DNA of 64,000 nucleotides from the NCBI RefSeq assembly GCF_028641065.1, contig NC_073391.1, positions 5,580,001 through 5,644,000 on the forward strand, given 5' to 3'. Each line of letters begins with the position of its first letter. Positions within the stretch are counted from its first letter, which is position 1. Below the pieces are notes generated by a model that worked only from the letters and a program-made list of their open reading frames with translations, searched no databases and was not told where the DNA came from. This DNA is from Leucoraja erinacea. Lineage: Eukaryota. The position numbers and the translations under genes are program-made. Below, in pieces: positions 63,466-64,000 of this stretch.

Positions 63466-64000
63466 TACTTCGGAGTCACGTGAGTGACTACGTGAAGAAA
63501 CTCGTTCAGCTGCACGTGCATCATTACGTCAGGCGCATTGGTGCAGGCGGCCGGTTGGAGCAGCAGGAGCTCCTCCAGCCCGGTAAGTTTAAACTTCAGG
63601 TAAGCTTGTTTTTCTTACCTGTTTTATTCCTTGCAGGAACCTCTTGTTCCAGAGGCTTCCTGCCGGAGGATTTGCGAGGCCCGACGAGGGAACCAGCTAT
63701 GGGCTGTGGGGAAACCCCGGTTCTTGCCGCAGGTGCGGATAGCTGGGTTGTCGGGTGTCGCGAAGTCGGTCGCTGACGGGTGGTCAGTGACTTCTAGGCG
63801 CTCCGGGTGCCGGGAGGGTTTCCCTCCAATAGGCACATAAACGCTGGGGTTCCCGGGGAGGGGACCTCCAGTAGTCGGGAGCGTTTTTCCTCCGATATAA
63901 ATATAGTTGCCGGGTGTCGGGAGGGTTTTCCCCAATATACATATAGAGGCTGTGGTTCCCAGGTAGGGGAATCCAGTAGTTATGCGGCTTTCAGACCGCA
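63466..64000 (+). mobile_element. Second DIRS element, 5' end (runs off the window)
   Basis: First 33 nt tacttcggagtcacgtgagtgactacgtgaaga are identical to 16774-16806, preceded by TTT; diverges afterwards. Confidence 0.85.

Overview
Eukaryotic, repeat-dense vertebrate DNA. The HE1-type V-SINEs and HER1/CR1-type LINEs point to an elasmobranch, probably a skate or ray (inferred from repeat content). The only host coding sequence I can support is two + strand exons of terminal deoxynucleotidyl transferase (DNTT/TdT) at 22436-22735 and 59403-59486, separated by a 36.7 kb intron. I found neither flanking exon, so the whole window is probably intragenic. The rest is layered mobile DNA: CR1, Rex1/Babar-like, L1-like, Hero and RTE-like non-LTR relics; V-SINEs; one structurally complete DIRS tyrosine-recombinase retrotransposon plus the start of a second; six PIF/Harbinger-type MITEs; two non-autonomous Helitrons, one chimeric and carrying a 2.2 kb 35-bp tandem array; and many Penelope-derived mini-elements. 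The Penelope derivatives carry minimal hammerhead-ribozyme motifs, are often palindromic, and several have 10-13 bp target duplications. They and the Helitron-borne satellite are the best candidates for undescribed biology. There is one 149-nt assembly gap. No database search was run: family names come from motif recognition, and the boundaries of old repeats are approximate.
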